A stretch of DNA of 46,272 bases. Origin: an uncultured Pseudomonadota bacterium. GTDB taxonomy: Bacteria > Babelota > Babeliae > Babelales > JAUPTZ01. The translations under genes and the position numbers were made by a program. Under the pieces are notes generated by a model that saw only the letters and a list, made by a program, of their open reading frames with translations, did no database searches and was not told the origin of the DNA. Of this stretch, positions 1-8,998 are shown piece after piece; position 1 is the stretch's first letter; each line of letters opens with the position of its first letter. The stretch covers positions 346,459 through 392,730 of the forward strand of contig CAYSBJ010000002.1 of NCBI GenBank assembly GCA_964429275.1, written 5' to 3'.

Positions 1-2
1 GC

Positions 3-2039
3 CAAGCAACCTATCGCAAGATAAGTAGCCAACGCGTTACCAACAATGCTCTCAAACGGAATGCCAACTTCACGGCAAACGCTTGCAAAGGTTCCTATAC
101 CTTCTCTGGAAAATGGTCCCTTGCTGATATAAATGCTGGTACTATTATGTTTGACGCAAGAGGACCTGGACCGTACCGCATTGCGTTTGACAACCGCATT
201 GAAACCGTAACAAAGCCGCTTTTTGAGATTATCTTTGGTTCCAAAGGAAACACCTGTACCGAACTTTATAAGGATGGAATGCTCGTGCAATCAATAAGCG
301 ACGCACGAGGAATGATCACAACGCCGGAGCATGCGAATCCATACTGGGTTATCTTTAACCGAGGTCACATCACTGTAGGTTCAGGATACAAGGCAGGGGC
401 AAAGACCTTTCTCGATTGGAAAGATTCTACCACTGCTAATGCCTCATATTTCAGCTTCAGTAGCGACACAAGCAAAGTGCTCTACTCCGCCATTCAAAGC
501 TTGCCCCCGACAAAGCAAGAGAAGGTAAACGAATACGTCATACCGGCAAATCGTGGTAAATACAAATTTGATCCAACGTGGTGCATTCCTACCCCAGATT
601 TTGGTGGCGTCATGATAAAAGCGCGTGGTGCTAACGATATTTGTATTGGGCTACACACCGGCACTACGGGGACCCCACGCTATGAAGTAGTTATAGGCGC
701 TGAAAAAAATACCTGTACTGTCATCAAATCAAACGGCACAGTCGTCGCCTCTATCGACAGCGACAGCGCGCGTATCCGCAACGCAAATATTATAGATGCG
801 TACTGGGTCCTCTGCGACCATGGCACTATCTGCGCTGGCCGAGGCGAAAAACCAGGCACAAACATACTGCTTTATTGGACCGATCCTACAATAACCAGCA
901 ATCAAGGCATTACTTATTACGGATTAGCCAGCAATGACCAAATGATTACTGTGGAGCAAATAAGCCCAAGTACCGGAATCCACTGGCCACCAAACACACT
1001 GTACAACTGCTTCAAAAAACAAGGTGCCCCAAATTGGAATTCCGCATGGAAGATTCGCGATGGGCAAACACTAACCTTTGACGTTACCGCACCAAACGGC
1101 GAAATATATGTGGGCTTTAACGATATTCCAAGCATGCTACCACAGTACACCGTCGTAATGGGGGGCTGGCAAAATACCGTATCGGCAGTCATGCAAAACA
1201 CCGAAATAGTGGGAAAGTATAACGTAACCACGAAGCCAATCACTAAATCTATGTGGATTACCTATACTAAAACACACATCAGCGTTGGCACCGGCGATCC
1301 GCACAGTAAAGAGCTCTTCTCTTGGAAAAATCCAAAGCCAGCCACACATGATACCATTGCCTATTTCTCTCTCAGTAGCGGAAACACGAGTGTTTTATAT
1401 GAAAATATAGCGGTTATTACTGCCGCACCAATCGCCAAACCAAAAACAAGCCCAACTGTGCCTGGGATCCAAATATCTAGTGTACCAAAACCGACTCCAA
1501 AACCGGATGATGAAGATGATGAACCTGTTTCCAATCCGACAGATCCGCGCTACTTGGCGCCGGCGGTGGCTGCCCTTATGGCCCCAACAAAAGATGAAGT
1601 AAGTATTGGAGCTGAAGACACCACCGCTGATGCTGATGAGGACCAGACTTCAGTCACAACAATCACAAAAACGCCAGCTCAAACACCTACACCAGCAGCA
1701 CCCGCAGAAGTGACCTCAGCCGTAACTGCTTTGGCAATAACAGCACTGCCATCGGCCGCCCCTCCGGCAAAAAGCGTCACTATCGTCACGAAGAAAGATG
1801 TAGTCGGCGACAGCACTGCTGCCTCCCCATCGGTTTCTGAGTTTCTGAACTCAATAAACCCGGCCGATATAACCGCGGTAAGCGCAAGCTCAATAGCCAG
1901 TGGCAACACACTCGATGCCATCATGAAACAAGTCCAGGCATCGACGACAAAAACGCCCGAAGCCATTGCTCAACCAACGCCTCAGATACCAGGACCACCA
2001 CCGCCTGCTCCGCAAGCACTTGCTGCTGCGGCAGCATAA
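3..2039 (+). CDS. 5'-truncated large protein with at least 3 tandem FAMeT-like (Methyltransf_FA-like) beta domains and a Pro/Thr/Ala-rich C-terminal tail
   Basis: Frame is open from position 3 through ATG 147 to the stop at 2039. Three repeats of F/IxARGxxD..YEVVIGxxxNT..YW/MWI..GTIxVGxG..LxWxD..YFSxSS, which resemble the FAMeT/CPAMD8 domain consensus as I recall it. Confidence 0.7.
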   Translation, partial: QATYRKISSQRVTNNALKRNANFTANACKGSYTFSGKWSLADINAGTIMFDARGPGPYRIAFDNRIETVTKPLFEIIFGSKGNTCTELYKDGMLVQSISDARGMITTPEHANPYWVIFNRGHITVGSGYKAGAKTFLDWKDSTTANASYFSFSSDTSKVLYSAIQSLPPTKQEKVNEYVIPANRGKYKFDPTWCIPTPDFGGVMIKARGANDICIGLHTGTTGTPRYEVVIGAEKNTCTVIKSNGTVVASIDSDSARIRNANIIDAYWVLCDHGTICAGRGEKPGTNILLYWTDPTITSNQGITYYGLASNDQMITVEQISPSTGIHWPPNTLYNCFKKQGAPNWNSAWKIRDGQTLTFDVTAPNGEIYVGFNDIPSMLPQYTVVMGGWQNTVSAVMQNTEIVGKYNVTTKPITKSMWITYTKTHISVGTGDPHSKELFSWKNPKPATHDTIAYFSLSSGNTSVLYENIAVITAAPIAKPKTSPTVPGIQISSVPKPTPKPDDEDDEPVSNPTDPRYLAPAVAALMAPTKDEVSIGAEDTTADADEDQTSVTTITKTPAQTPTPAAPAEVTSAVTALAITALPSAAPPAKSVTIVTKKDVVGDSTAASPSVSEFLNSINPADITAVSASSIASGNTLDAIMKQVQASTTKTPEAIAQPTPQIPGPPPPAPQALAAAAA

Positions 2040-2156
2040 CTTAAGGTTCCATGGAGAATATTGACAAAGCCCCTTTCCTAGAAAGAATGAAAGGGCAAAT
2101 CGATAACAAATCCCTGACTGGTGCGAGCTTTCTCCCCCAGGCCCCACAATTTCTGA

Positions 2157-2185
2157 TTGATTTAAGGCGCATTTACCTATAAAAT
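2157..2185 (+). promoter_or_regulatory. sigma70-type promoter for rpmH-rnpA-yidD
   Basis: TTGATT-17 nt-TAAAAT upstream of the rpmH RBS (AAGGAG 2215-2220). Confidence 0.55.
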
Positions 2186-2226
2186 ACCGTGACTTGCTTA
2201 TAAAATTTTCATTAAAGGAGCGCTCC

Positions 2227-2361
2227 ATGTCAGAGACATTCAAACCAAGTAAACGTAAACGTAAGAATAAACACGGTTTCCGCAAGCGTATGGCTACTCG
2301 TAATGGTCGTAAGATCATCAACCGCCGCCGAAGCAAAGGCCGCAAGCGTTTGTCTGCATAA
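2227..2361 (+). CDS. rpmH: 50S ribosomal protein L34 (missing from the ORF track)
   Basis: Manual translation [53 protein letters not shown]. Confidence 0.97.
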   Translation: MSETFKPSKRKRKNKHGFRKRMATRNGRKIINRRRSKGRKRLSA

Positions 2362-2381
2362 GCTGCTTTATAAAAATAACG

Positions 2382-2411
2382 AAAAGGGAATTGAAATTTC
2401 AATTCCCTTTT
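2382..2411 (+). terminator. Perfect 30-bp palindrome between rpmH and rnpA; probable intrinsic terminator/attenuator
   Basis: AAAAGGGAATTGAAA|TTTCAATTCCCTTTT. Confidence 0.6.
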
Positions 2412-2433
2412 ATCGTTTCACCAAAGAATCTTC

Positions 2434-2781
2434 ATGACCTCAAAGTTTTCTTCCCTGTTCAAACTCTCTTCCGGCCGCATCGCCACCGCTTTTACGGTAG
2501 CAGGCCGGGCCGGCAGTATTGATGGCATAAAACTTCTCAAAGCGCCGTCAGATAAAGGTTTGTTCATTATTGCGCTGACCAGAACTATTAAGGGAAGCGT
2601 CAATAGAAATCGGATCCGTCGCCGCATCAAAGCAGCACTCTATACTGCCATCAAAGAGTGTGGCCCTTTACCGCTTGGCGTTTTTTTGTGCGTCACCTAT
2701 TTATCAGCAGATCAATGGAATTACCATGATCTTGTCACATGGCTCAAGGCAACCATATGGCGACTCCCAAAAAAAAGCTAA
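2434..2781 (+). CDS. rnpA: Ribonuclease P protein component
   Basis: RNR motif (GSVNRNRIRRRIK), 115 aa basic protein directly after rpmH. Confidence 0.88.
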   Translation: MTSKFSSLFKLSSGRIATAFTVAGRAGSIDGIKLLKAPSDKGLFIIALTRTIKGSVNRNRIRRRIKAALYTAIKECGPLPLGVFLCVTYLSADQWNYHDLVTWLKATIWRLPKKS

Positions 2782-2993
2782 TTGTAGACCTTTTTAACGA
2801 CGCGATGCGGACGCTACGCCCTTGGCTAGGACCGGATAACATTTGCCTCTTTGCCCCGTATACCTGCACCCTTTTTGCCGCCGATCAACTAGAACATCAA
2901 TCGCTCTATAAGGCGGTTTTTGCAATCGCCTGGCGACTTCTCTCCTGCAATCCAATAAATGGATTCCTCCGGTGGTACTGGAAAAAAAGATAA
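2757..2993 (+). CDS. yidD: Membrane protein insertion efficiency factor YidD
   Basis: PWLGP..ICLFAPYTCT..WRLLSCNP three-Cys pattern; follows rnpA; start may be 2739 or 2757. Confidence 0.8.
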   Translation: MATPKKKLIVDLFNDAMRTLRPWLGPDNICLFAPYTCTLFAADQLEHQSLYKAVFAIAWRLLSCNPINGFLRWYWKKR

Positions 2994-3012
2994 TTCTACT
3001 GGGAGCAAAGCC

Positions 3013-6000
3013 CTAGTCTTCTTCAGTATTGTCAAACGGAAGCTCATCAATCGGTTCATCTATTCCCCGCTCTGTATTTTGTGTAACGCGACCAGCAACA
3101 ACCGATATGAAGCGGTCAGCGGAGATATAGACGCGAGCATAGTCATTTAGTTCGTCAAGCGTAAGATCGTATACGTACCGGAGCGCCTTGTCATAATAAT
3201 CGTACCCAATGCCCAAGATCTCGATGTTGGCAAACAATGAGGCAAGGGAGCGCACATCTGCCGCTGCATCAATCATTTCTTTGCTGTACATCTGACGAGC
3301 AGCTGCAAGTTCATCGGCCAAAAACGCCTCTTTGGTGACGGTAGCAAGCATGTTCAAAATCGCTGTCTGCGCGAAGGAAAGATTCTCCGGACTCACAATA
3401 GCACACACATAATCGTACCCGTGTTCCTGATGAATATCTGCTCCCCAGGCCCCAGAAGCGGTGTAGAAGAGACCGGTTCGTTCTCGCAATTCAAATAAAC
3501 GAGAGCCAAGTGAATTAAAACAAATATGGCTGAGCAAATCTAACGTAATATGTGCCGGTTCGTAGAGGGAGACCGAAGAAGTACGGCCAAATGCCAATAC
3601 GACTTGGTCTCGCAGCATTGGCACCACTACTTGCAATGTTGCCGGCGGTTGCTGTTCTGGATAGACCGGAGCCACGTGATGGCCTGCTGGCCAATCAGCA
3701 GTCATTTGCAGTGCTAATTGCTCCACAAACGCTGGTTCTACATCCCCTGCAACCGAAAGAACCACCTGTGATGGGCGAATATAATGCTCATGCAATCGGC
3801 TAATTTCGGCAAGTGTCAGGTTTTGGAGATACTGTATTGCGTCATCAAACGACCACCCGTACGGATGTTTTGGATACAGAAGCTGCTTCAATGTACGCAA
3901 TGCCATCTGTTTAGCTGAATCTTTTTTCTGCTGGTAAGAATGAATATAAATGTCACGAATCTTTTCAAAAGCTTGCTGCGTAAAGGCCGGATGACGGAGT
4001 ACGGTAAAGCCATGCGCAAAAACTCCAGCAAAACTGCTGGTTCCCACAAGCAAACTCATGCCACGACCGTTGTAGGCATACTGCGCACCATTCAAATCAA
4101 AAAATTCAACAATCTGTTGCTTTGTAAGGCCTTTACTTCCTTCAAGAAGCAATGACATCATTACATCAACCCCGACTCCTTCAAGAGCGCGAGCAATATA
4201 GGCTGAATCTTTGAATACCAGAGCGACGCTCACTAACGGCAAGCTGCGATCGGTATGAGAAATAACCGTTAAATCATTCCCCATTTGCCGCTCAATACGG
4301 GTTGGTTGGGGAAAGGTAAACATAAGCGGTTTTGCGGCTGGCAATGTATGCACATACGAAGCTTCGGCAAGCGGTTCAGTCCGCTTATGGCGCTCCAAGA
4401 GATACGCATAATACTCCTCCTCTTTGGCCTGTTCTTGTCCCCAAATTTCCCGCGCTGATTGCGGCAATGGGCAGAGCAAAATGGAGTGCATGTCGCGTGG
4501 TGTTAACCACTGCGCAGCAAATGCTTGTAGCTCTACAGGGGTAATTTTTGCATATTCGTTTGCTTCCTCAAAGAACGCAAGTTCATCGCGGGTCACAAAG
4601 TAAGAGCTAAGCCATTGGTAGACAAAATCGTGAAGGTTGTGCAGTGCCAACATGTGCTGACGTTGGCGATTCTTAACCATTTTGTACAACTCAACGTCAC
4701 TAAACCCGTCGTTGATAACCGTTTGCATTTGTTCTATGACTGCCGCTTTACACTCTTCAACTTTGCCTTGCTTCGGTTCAATAGAAATCAAAAAGAGCCC
4801 TGCATCAACCATTTGTTCTGCCGACACACGCACAGAAGAAGCAATTTGCTTTTCATCAACCAACAACCGATATAATCGGCTATCAAGACCACCACCGAGA
4901 ATATACTCAACCGCACTTGGCACTAAAAAGTTGCCTGCGTTTAAGCCAGGAATACGCCAATACAACCCCAACTGCTCATCATGTATCTCTTTGTACATGG
5001 TGGAAGAAGTCGCGGTTAAATTGTTATGAAGTGGAATAAAGGCTGGTGTGTGATCACTTGCGTTGCACACAATAGAAGCAAATGCGGCTTTGGCTTTGCT
5101 CAGTGCATCTTCAATATCAATGTCACCAACAATACACAATACCGCGCGGCTTGGGTGATAATACTTATCATAAAACGCTTTGAGGCGCGCACCAGAAAGA
5201 TCGGCCAAATCTTCTTTGTAGCCAATGATAGGGAAATGATATGGATGGTTAGCCGGGAAAAGTGTCGTAAAGGCATGTTCCAGCATCATGTGGAAATGGC
5301 TATCGCGATACATACGCAATTCTTGAATAACCGCTTTAACTTCTGAAGCCAAATGCTGATCATCAAAACGTGCATTTTGCATACAATCAGCAAGCACTGG
5401 CAGGAAATGTTCCCAATTTTGTGAATCGGCTTCAAAGAAGTAGCTTGTCATGTCGTTGCTGGTAAAAGCATTAAAGTCCGCGCCGTATTTACGCGCAATC
5501 GCATCAATATCCCCTTCGGTTAAAAGAGAGGTACCTTTGAAAATCATATGCTCCAACAAATGGGCAAGACCACGTTCACCGGCAGATTCAATTGCGGAGC
5601 CTACATCGTACCCAATTTGTACGAGAACTTTTGGCGCATTGCGCTGCTGACAGATAAGCACGGTAAGGCCATTATCAAGCACTACTTTTTTGATTTTTTC
5701 AGTCGCCACAGACACCACATCGTGAGCCGGCAAGTCGAAGAATTTGTTATTTTTTGCAACTTCCGCTGTGGTCGGAATGGAAGAGCTATATACAGCACGG
5801 TCTTCAAGGCCAAATTGGCGTTGGAAATAAAGCCAAGCAAGATAGAGAAGAATGCCGACTAAGGCCACCGCAATAAGCCCGCCGATAAGGCCAATAATCC
5901 CCCCAACAAGACTCAAAATCATACTCACCACACTAAAGAGGCTGGTAATAATACCGGCCGTCGCAGTGACCACGCTTTTTAGCATATCTAGTAGGCTCGT

Positions 6001-6021
6001 TACGATAGCAGTACTACTCAT
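3013..6021 (-). CDS. M16 family zinc protease (two-module PqqL/pitrilysin-like) with hydrophobic N-terminal extension
   Basis: GLAHLLEHMIFKGT (HxxEH), FNAFTS, HPY motifs in both halves, SRLFELRERTGLFY. Confidence 0.92.
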   Translation of the reverse strand: MSSTAIVTSLLDMLKSVVTATAGIITSLFSVVSMILSLVGGIIGLIGGLIAVALVGILLYLAWLYFQRQFGLEDRAVYSSSIPTTAEVAKNNKFFDLPAHDVVSVATEKIKKVVLDNGLTVLICQQRNAPKVLVQIGYDVGSAIESAGERGLAHLLEHMIFKGTSLLTEGDIDAIARKYGADFNAFTSNDMTSYFFEADSQNWEHFLPVLADCMQNARFDDQHLASEVKAVIQELRMYRDSHFHMMLEHAFTTLFPANHPYHFPIIGYKEDLADLSGARLKAFYDKYYHPSRAVLCIVGDIDIEDALSKAKAAFASIVCNASDHTPAFIPLHNNLTATSSTMYKEIHDEQLGLYWRIPGLNAGNFLVPSAVEYILGGGLDSRLYRLLVDEKQIASSVRVSAEQMVDAGLFLISIEPKQGKVEECKAAVIEQMQTVINDGFSDVELYKMVKNRQRQHMLALHNLHDFVYQWLSSYFVTRDELAFFEEANEYAKITPVELQAFAAQWLTPRDMHSILLCPLPQSAREIWGQEQAKEEEYYAYLLERHKRTEPLAEASYVHTLPAAKPLMFTFPQPTRIERQMGNDLTVISHTDRSLPLVSVALVFKDSAYIARALEGVGVDVMMSLLLEGSKGLTKQQIVEFFDLNGAQYAYNGRGMSLLVGTSSFAGVFAHGFTVLRHPAFTQQAFEKIRDIYIHSYQQKKDSAKQMALRTLKQLLYPKHPYGWSFDDAIQYLQNLTLAEISRLHEHYIRPSQVVLSVAGDVEPAFVEQLALQMTADWPAGHHVAPVYPEQQPPATLQVVVPMLRDQVVLAFGRTSSVSLYEPAHITLDLLSHICFNSLGSRLFELRERTGLFYTASGAWGADIHQEHGYDYVCAIVSPENLSFAQTAILNMLATVTKEAFLADELAAARQMYSKEMIDAAADVRSLASLFANIEILGIGYDYYDKALRYVYDLTLDELNDYARVYISADRFISVVAGRVTQNTERGIDEPIDELPFDNTEED

Positions 6022-6099
6022 GTTAACCTTTCTTCTCTGTATAATTCACAAGGTCGCACACTGTAACACAAAAGAAAGATTGGTTCTATGATATAACAA

Positions 6100-6199
6100 G
6101 AAAAAGCCCCACAGCTTTTAAGGGCCACAGAGCTTTTTCTCGTTTGATAAGTCCAACAACTTAGGGATGGAAATGCGTGACCGACCACCGGTCAACGCG
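6100..6199 (-). ncRNA. Candidate small RNA (or attenuator leader of the M16 protease gene)
   Basis: Upstream promoter; hairpin GCGTTGACCG/CGGTCACGC, single-stranded TTTCCATCCC, hairpin TAAGT/ACTTA, then a GU-containing hairpin with a U-tract. Confidence 0.5.
6101..6138 (-). terminator. Rho-independent terminator, minus strand
   Basis: Minus strand AAAAAGCTCTGTGGC-loop-GCTGTGGGGCTTTTT pairs fully only with G-U wobbles, which fixes the strand. Confidence 0.65.
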
Positions 6200-6204
6200 A
6201 AGTA

Positions 6205-6232
6205 ATCGTACCACGAAAAGAAGAGTTGTCAA
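6205..6232 (-). promoter_or_regulatory. Strong sigma70 promoter
   Basis: TTGACA-16 nt-TACGAT with TGn extended -10 and upstream A-tracts. Confidence 0.65.
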
Positions 6233-6521
6233 ACTTTTTTTATGGTTTTTTTGCAAAACAATAAAGTGATAGTAAAAAGACTCTAAAAGAGCGCTGCATG
6301 CCCAAATAACGGGAGCAAAAAAGAGTGCCGCTTCATCCCATCTCTAACATATCGCAAAAAGACAAAGCTCAAATTTCGTCGCATTTTTATGCACCTTTTC
6401 TAATCACACGATCTGGAGCTTTTTTTGGTAGCAGTCGTTTTTTTGATAAATTGTTTTCGATTGTTCCTTTTTCTCAAAAGTTCATGCTACTTTGACCAAA
6501 ATAATCTATCGGAGTATGTGC

Positions 6522-7808
6522 ATGACCCTCATTTATATCATCCTCTTCCTCCTCCCTGTTGGCATGGCACACGGGGTAACCACACTCAATTTGCCCGCCG
6601 CTCAAATAGCCGGTGTTACTGAACGCCCTTCACTTGAAGCTAGTCGTCAGTCCATTATCGTGAGCCAGAAAGATGAACAGCGACTTTTTGGAAAACTTTT
6701 CCCTCAAATTAGTGGCAGCGCCAATGCTCTGCTCGCCACCACATCCGTATCTGATGTCTCCTCCAGCAACGAAACCGCCTGCACACTCTCACTGCAGGGC
6801 TCACAAATTCTGTTTAATCTTCCTGGAAAAATACAAGGACAAATTGCGGCGCTCACCACACAGCGCTCCACGTACCAATACCAAGCAAGCTCACACGAGG
6901 TTCGCTACACCGTGAGTACACATTTTCTACAAGCATGGCTGCTACAAACAAAAGCGCCGCTCATCGCCGCCCTTGCAACCTACACCGATGAACTAGAAAA
7001 AAATAATAATAACTTGCGCCAACTCAACAACATCAACGCCATAACCTGGTCTGCCACCGCCGCAACCATTGCACAAAATCGGGCAACCATTGCTGGATAC
7101 CCACTGGCAGCAGCCTCCTCCCTTCAGATGTTACGCCAAAGTATGGGAGCAGGATATGTTCATACATCAGAGATTACCGAACTTTCCTATGACCTGACTC
7201 ACCCACTACCAGAGCGCAAAGAAATACAAAAGTATATCGACCTTGCTTACGCCAATCGCCCAGAACTCAAAGACAAAGATCTTGCGATGCAACAGCAAGA
7301 GCTCACCGCAAAGTCATATCGTGCTAATTACCTTCCCACTATCAGCATGCAAGGGAATTTAAGCACAACACCAACAGGCGCAAACGTTATGAAGGGACAA
7401 AGCGCTTCCATCGGTGTATCGCTACAATGGAACTTCTTTGACGGCACTCAATCTGTACGCTCAGCCGAAATTGCTGACGCCAATAAATTGCGTGTGTCAT
7501 TTGAAAAACAAGAGCTAAAAAACAACATTGCAACAGCCATTATAAACACCTACAACACACTTTGCACAAATGAAAAAATGGTAGAAGTCGCCCGCGCACG
7601 AGTCGCGGCACAAGAAGCGCTTTTTTCCCAAACAACTGCCGCTTTCGCCGCAGGAACTGTTGACGCACTCGTACTGGCAAAAGATGCGTACGATTATGCA
7701 GCAGCGCTCCATGATCTGCGTGCTCAACAAGTTACACTGCACACCAACTGGCAAACACTCGCCTGGCAGTGCGGTTACCCAACCTCAGGAGTTTTTAATG
7801 AATCGTAA
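6522..7808 (+). CDS. TolC family outer-membrane efflux protein
   Basis: Signal peptide; two OEP repeats (FPQISGSA, AYANRPEL..YLPTISMQG..LQWNFFDG); GGAG RBS before ATG 6522. Confidence 0.85.
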   Translation: MTLIYIILFLLPVGMAHGVTTLNLPAAQIAGVTERPSLEASRQSIIVSQKDEQRLFGKLFPQISGSANALLATTSVSDVSSSNETACTLSLQGSQILFNLPGKIQGQIAALTTQRSTYQYQASSHEVRYTVSTHFLQAWLLQTKAPLIAALATYTDELEKNNNNLRQLNNINAITWSATAATIAQNRATIAGYPLAAASSLQMLRQSMGAGYVHTSEITELSYDLTHPLPERKEIQKYIDLAYANRPELKDKDLAMQQQELTAKSYRANYLPTISMQGNLSTTPTGANVMKGQSASIGVSLQWNFFDGTQSVRSAEIADANKLRVSFEKQELKNNIATAIINTYNTLCTNEKMVEVARARVAAQEALFSQTTAAFAAGTVDALVLAKDAYDYAAALHDLRAQQVTLHTNWQTLAWQCGYPTSGVFNES

Positions 7809-8994
7809 AGCTACTCTCATAACACTTGCCGTTCTTCTCGCCTGCAGCATTACAGGCTATTATCTATGGTACAGGTTTAAGCCAGCTAAGCCAAAACAAA
7901 AGCCGTTCACCACAGCACAGCCAACTACCACGACCATCCGCCATCGAATCCATGCCAACGGCATCGTGAAAATAAAAGATAGCATTCGCGTCGGAAGCCT
8001 AGTCAGTGGATTGGTAAAAGAAATTTTGGCTGAAGAAAGCGACCACATTACAAAAAACCAGCTGCTTGCCGTTATCGAAAATGGGAAAAGCGACACCAGC
8101 ATTCGGATTGCACAAGGCGCCATGATGCAAGCCCAAGCAACCTTTGACTACGTCTCAGCTGTCTATGCACGCGAACAAGAATTGTATCGAAAGGGCTTAC
8201 GTTCGGACCAAGAAATTGAAGCATCACGGCAACAATACATGAGCGCACAAGGTGCACTCATGACAACACAAGCTCAATTAGATGTTGCTCGGATTGAATT
8301 TGAAAATTGCAACATTAAAGCACCGGAAGATGGCGTAATTGTGGCGATTGGCGTCAAAAAAGGAATGCGCATTACCACCGATCTGGACGCAACTGTTTTG
8401 TTTGAAATAGCTAAAGATTTAACCAAAATGGAGGCAGAATTTAGCCTCGAAGAAAGTGCAGCAGGGCACGTAAAACGTGGGCAGAAAATTTCTTTCACCG
8501 TCGACAATCATCCGTATAAAAAATTCAAAGCGATCATCAAAAATGTCAGCTATGCGCCAATGAAAACAAGCCACGGACTAATGTATCGCGCTACTGCAGA
8601 CATTGACAATAGCGCGCAGTTGCTGCGGCCAGGAATGACGTTGCATGCTACCATCAAAGTGGCCAAGAAAAAAGACGCTATCGGTGTTGAAAATGTAGCT
8701 TTCTACCTTGATCCACTCGTTGTCGCTACGGTAGCCAAGACGCTGGGCTACACAATCCGCCCAATCTCTGCTGCTGACAAGAAAGAACTCAATGCTGAGC
8801 ATCGCACCGTCAAATACGTATGGGTACATGACGGCAAAATGTTTATTGAAAAAGCAGTAGAAACAGGACTCTATGACGATCGCTATATCGAAACTCTCTC
8901 TGGTCTTGAGGCTACTGAGCACTACCTTGCTGACGTCTTCCAAGCAAACGTCATGGACGATCACTATAAAAAAATGTTCAAAGGAGCGCTGTAG
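7798..8994 (+). CDS. Efflux periplasmic adaptor (MacA/HlyD-like membrane fusion protein)
   Basis: N-terminal TM; VGSLVSGLV, IKAPEDGVIV, LRPGMT; AGGAG RBS before ATG 7798. Confidence 0.9.
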   Translation: MNRKATLITLAVLLACSITGYYLWYRFKPAKPKQKPFTTAQPTTTTIRHRIHANGIVKIKDSIRVGSLVSGLVKEILAEESDHITKNQLLAVIENGKSDTSIRIAQGAMMQAQATFDYVSAVYAREQELYRKGLRSDQEIEASRQQYMSAQGALMTTQAQLDVARIEFENCNIKAPEDGVIVAIGVKKGMRITTDLDATVLFEIAKDLTKMEAEFSLEESAAGHVKRGQKISFTVDNHPYKKFKAIIKNVSYAPMKTSHGLMYRATADIDNSAQLLRPGMTLHATIKVAKKKDAIGVENVAFYLDPLVVATVAKTLGYTIRPISAADKKELNAEHRTVKYVWVHDGKMFIEKAVETGLYDDRYIETLSGLEATEHYLADVFQANVMDDHYKKMFKGAL

Positions 8995-8998
8995 GGAA

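Noticed and set aside
2040..2226. Possible oriC next to rpmH
   Set aside because: No TTATCCACA-type DnaA boxes seen and no dnaA/dnaN adjacent
6159..6175. TTTCCATCCCTAAG resembles the start of some CRISPR repeats
   Set aside because: Single copy, no array and no cas genes in the window
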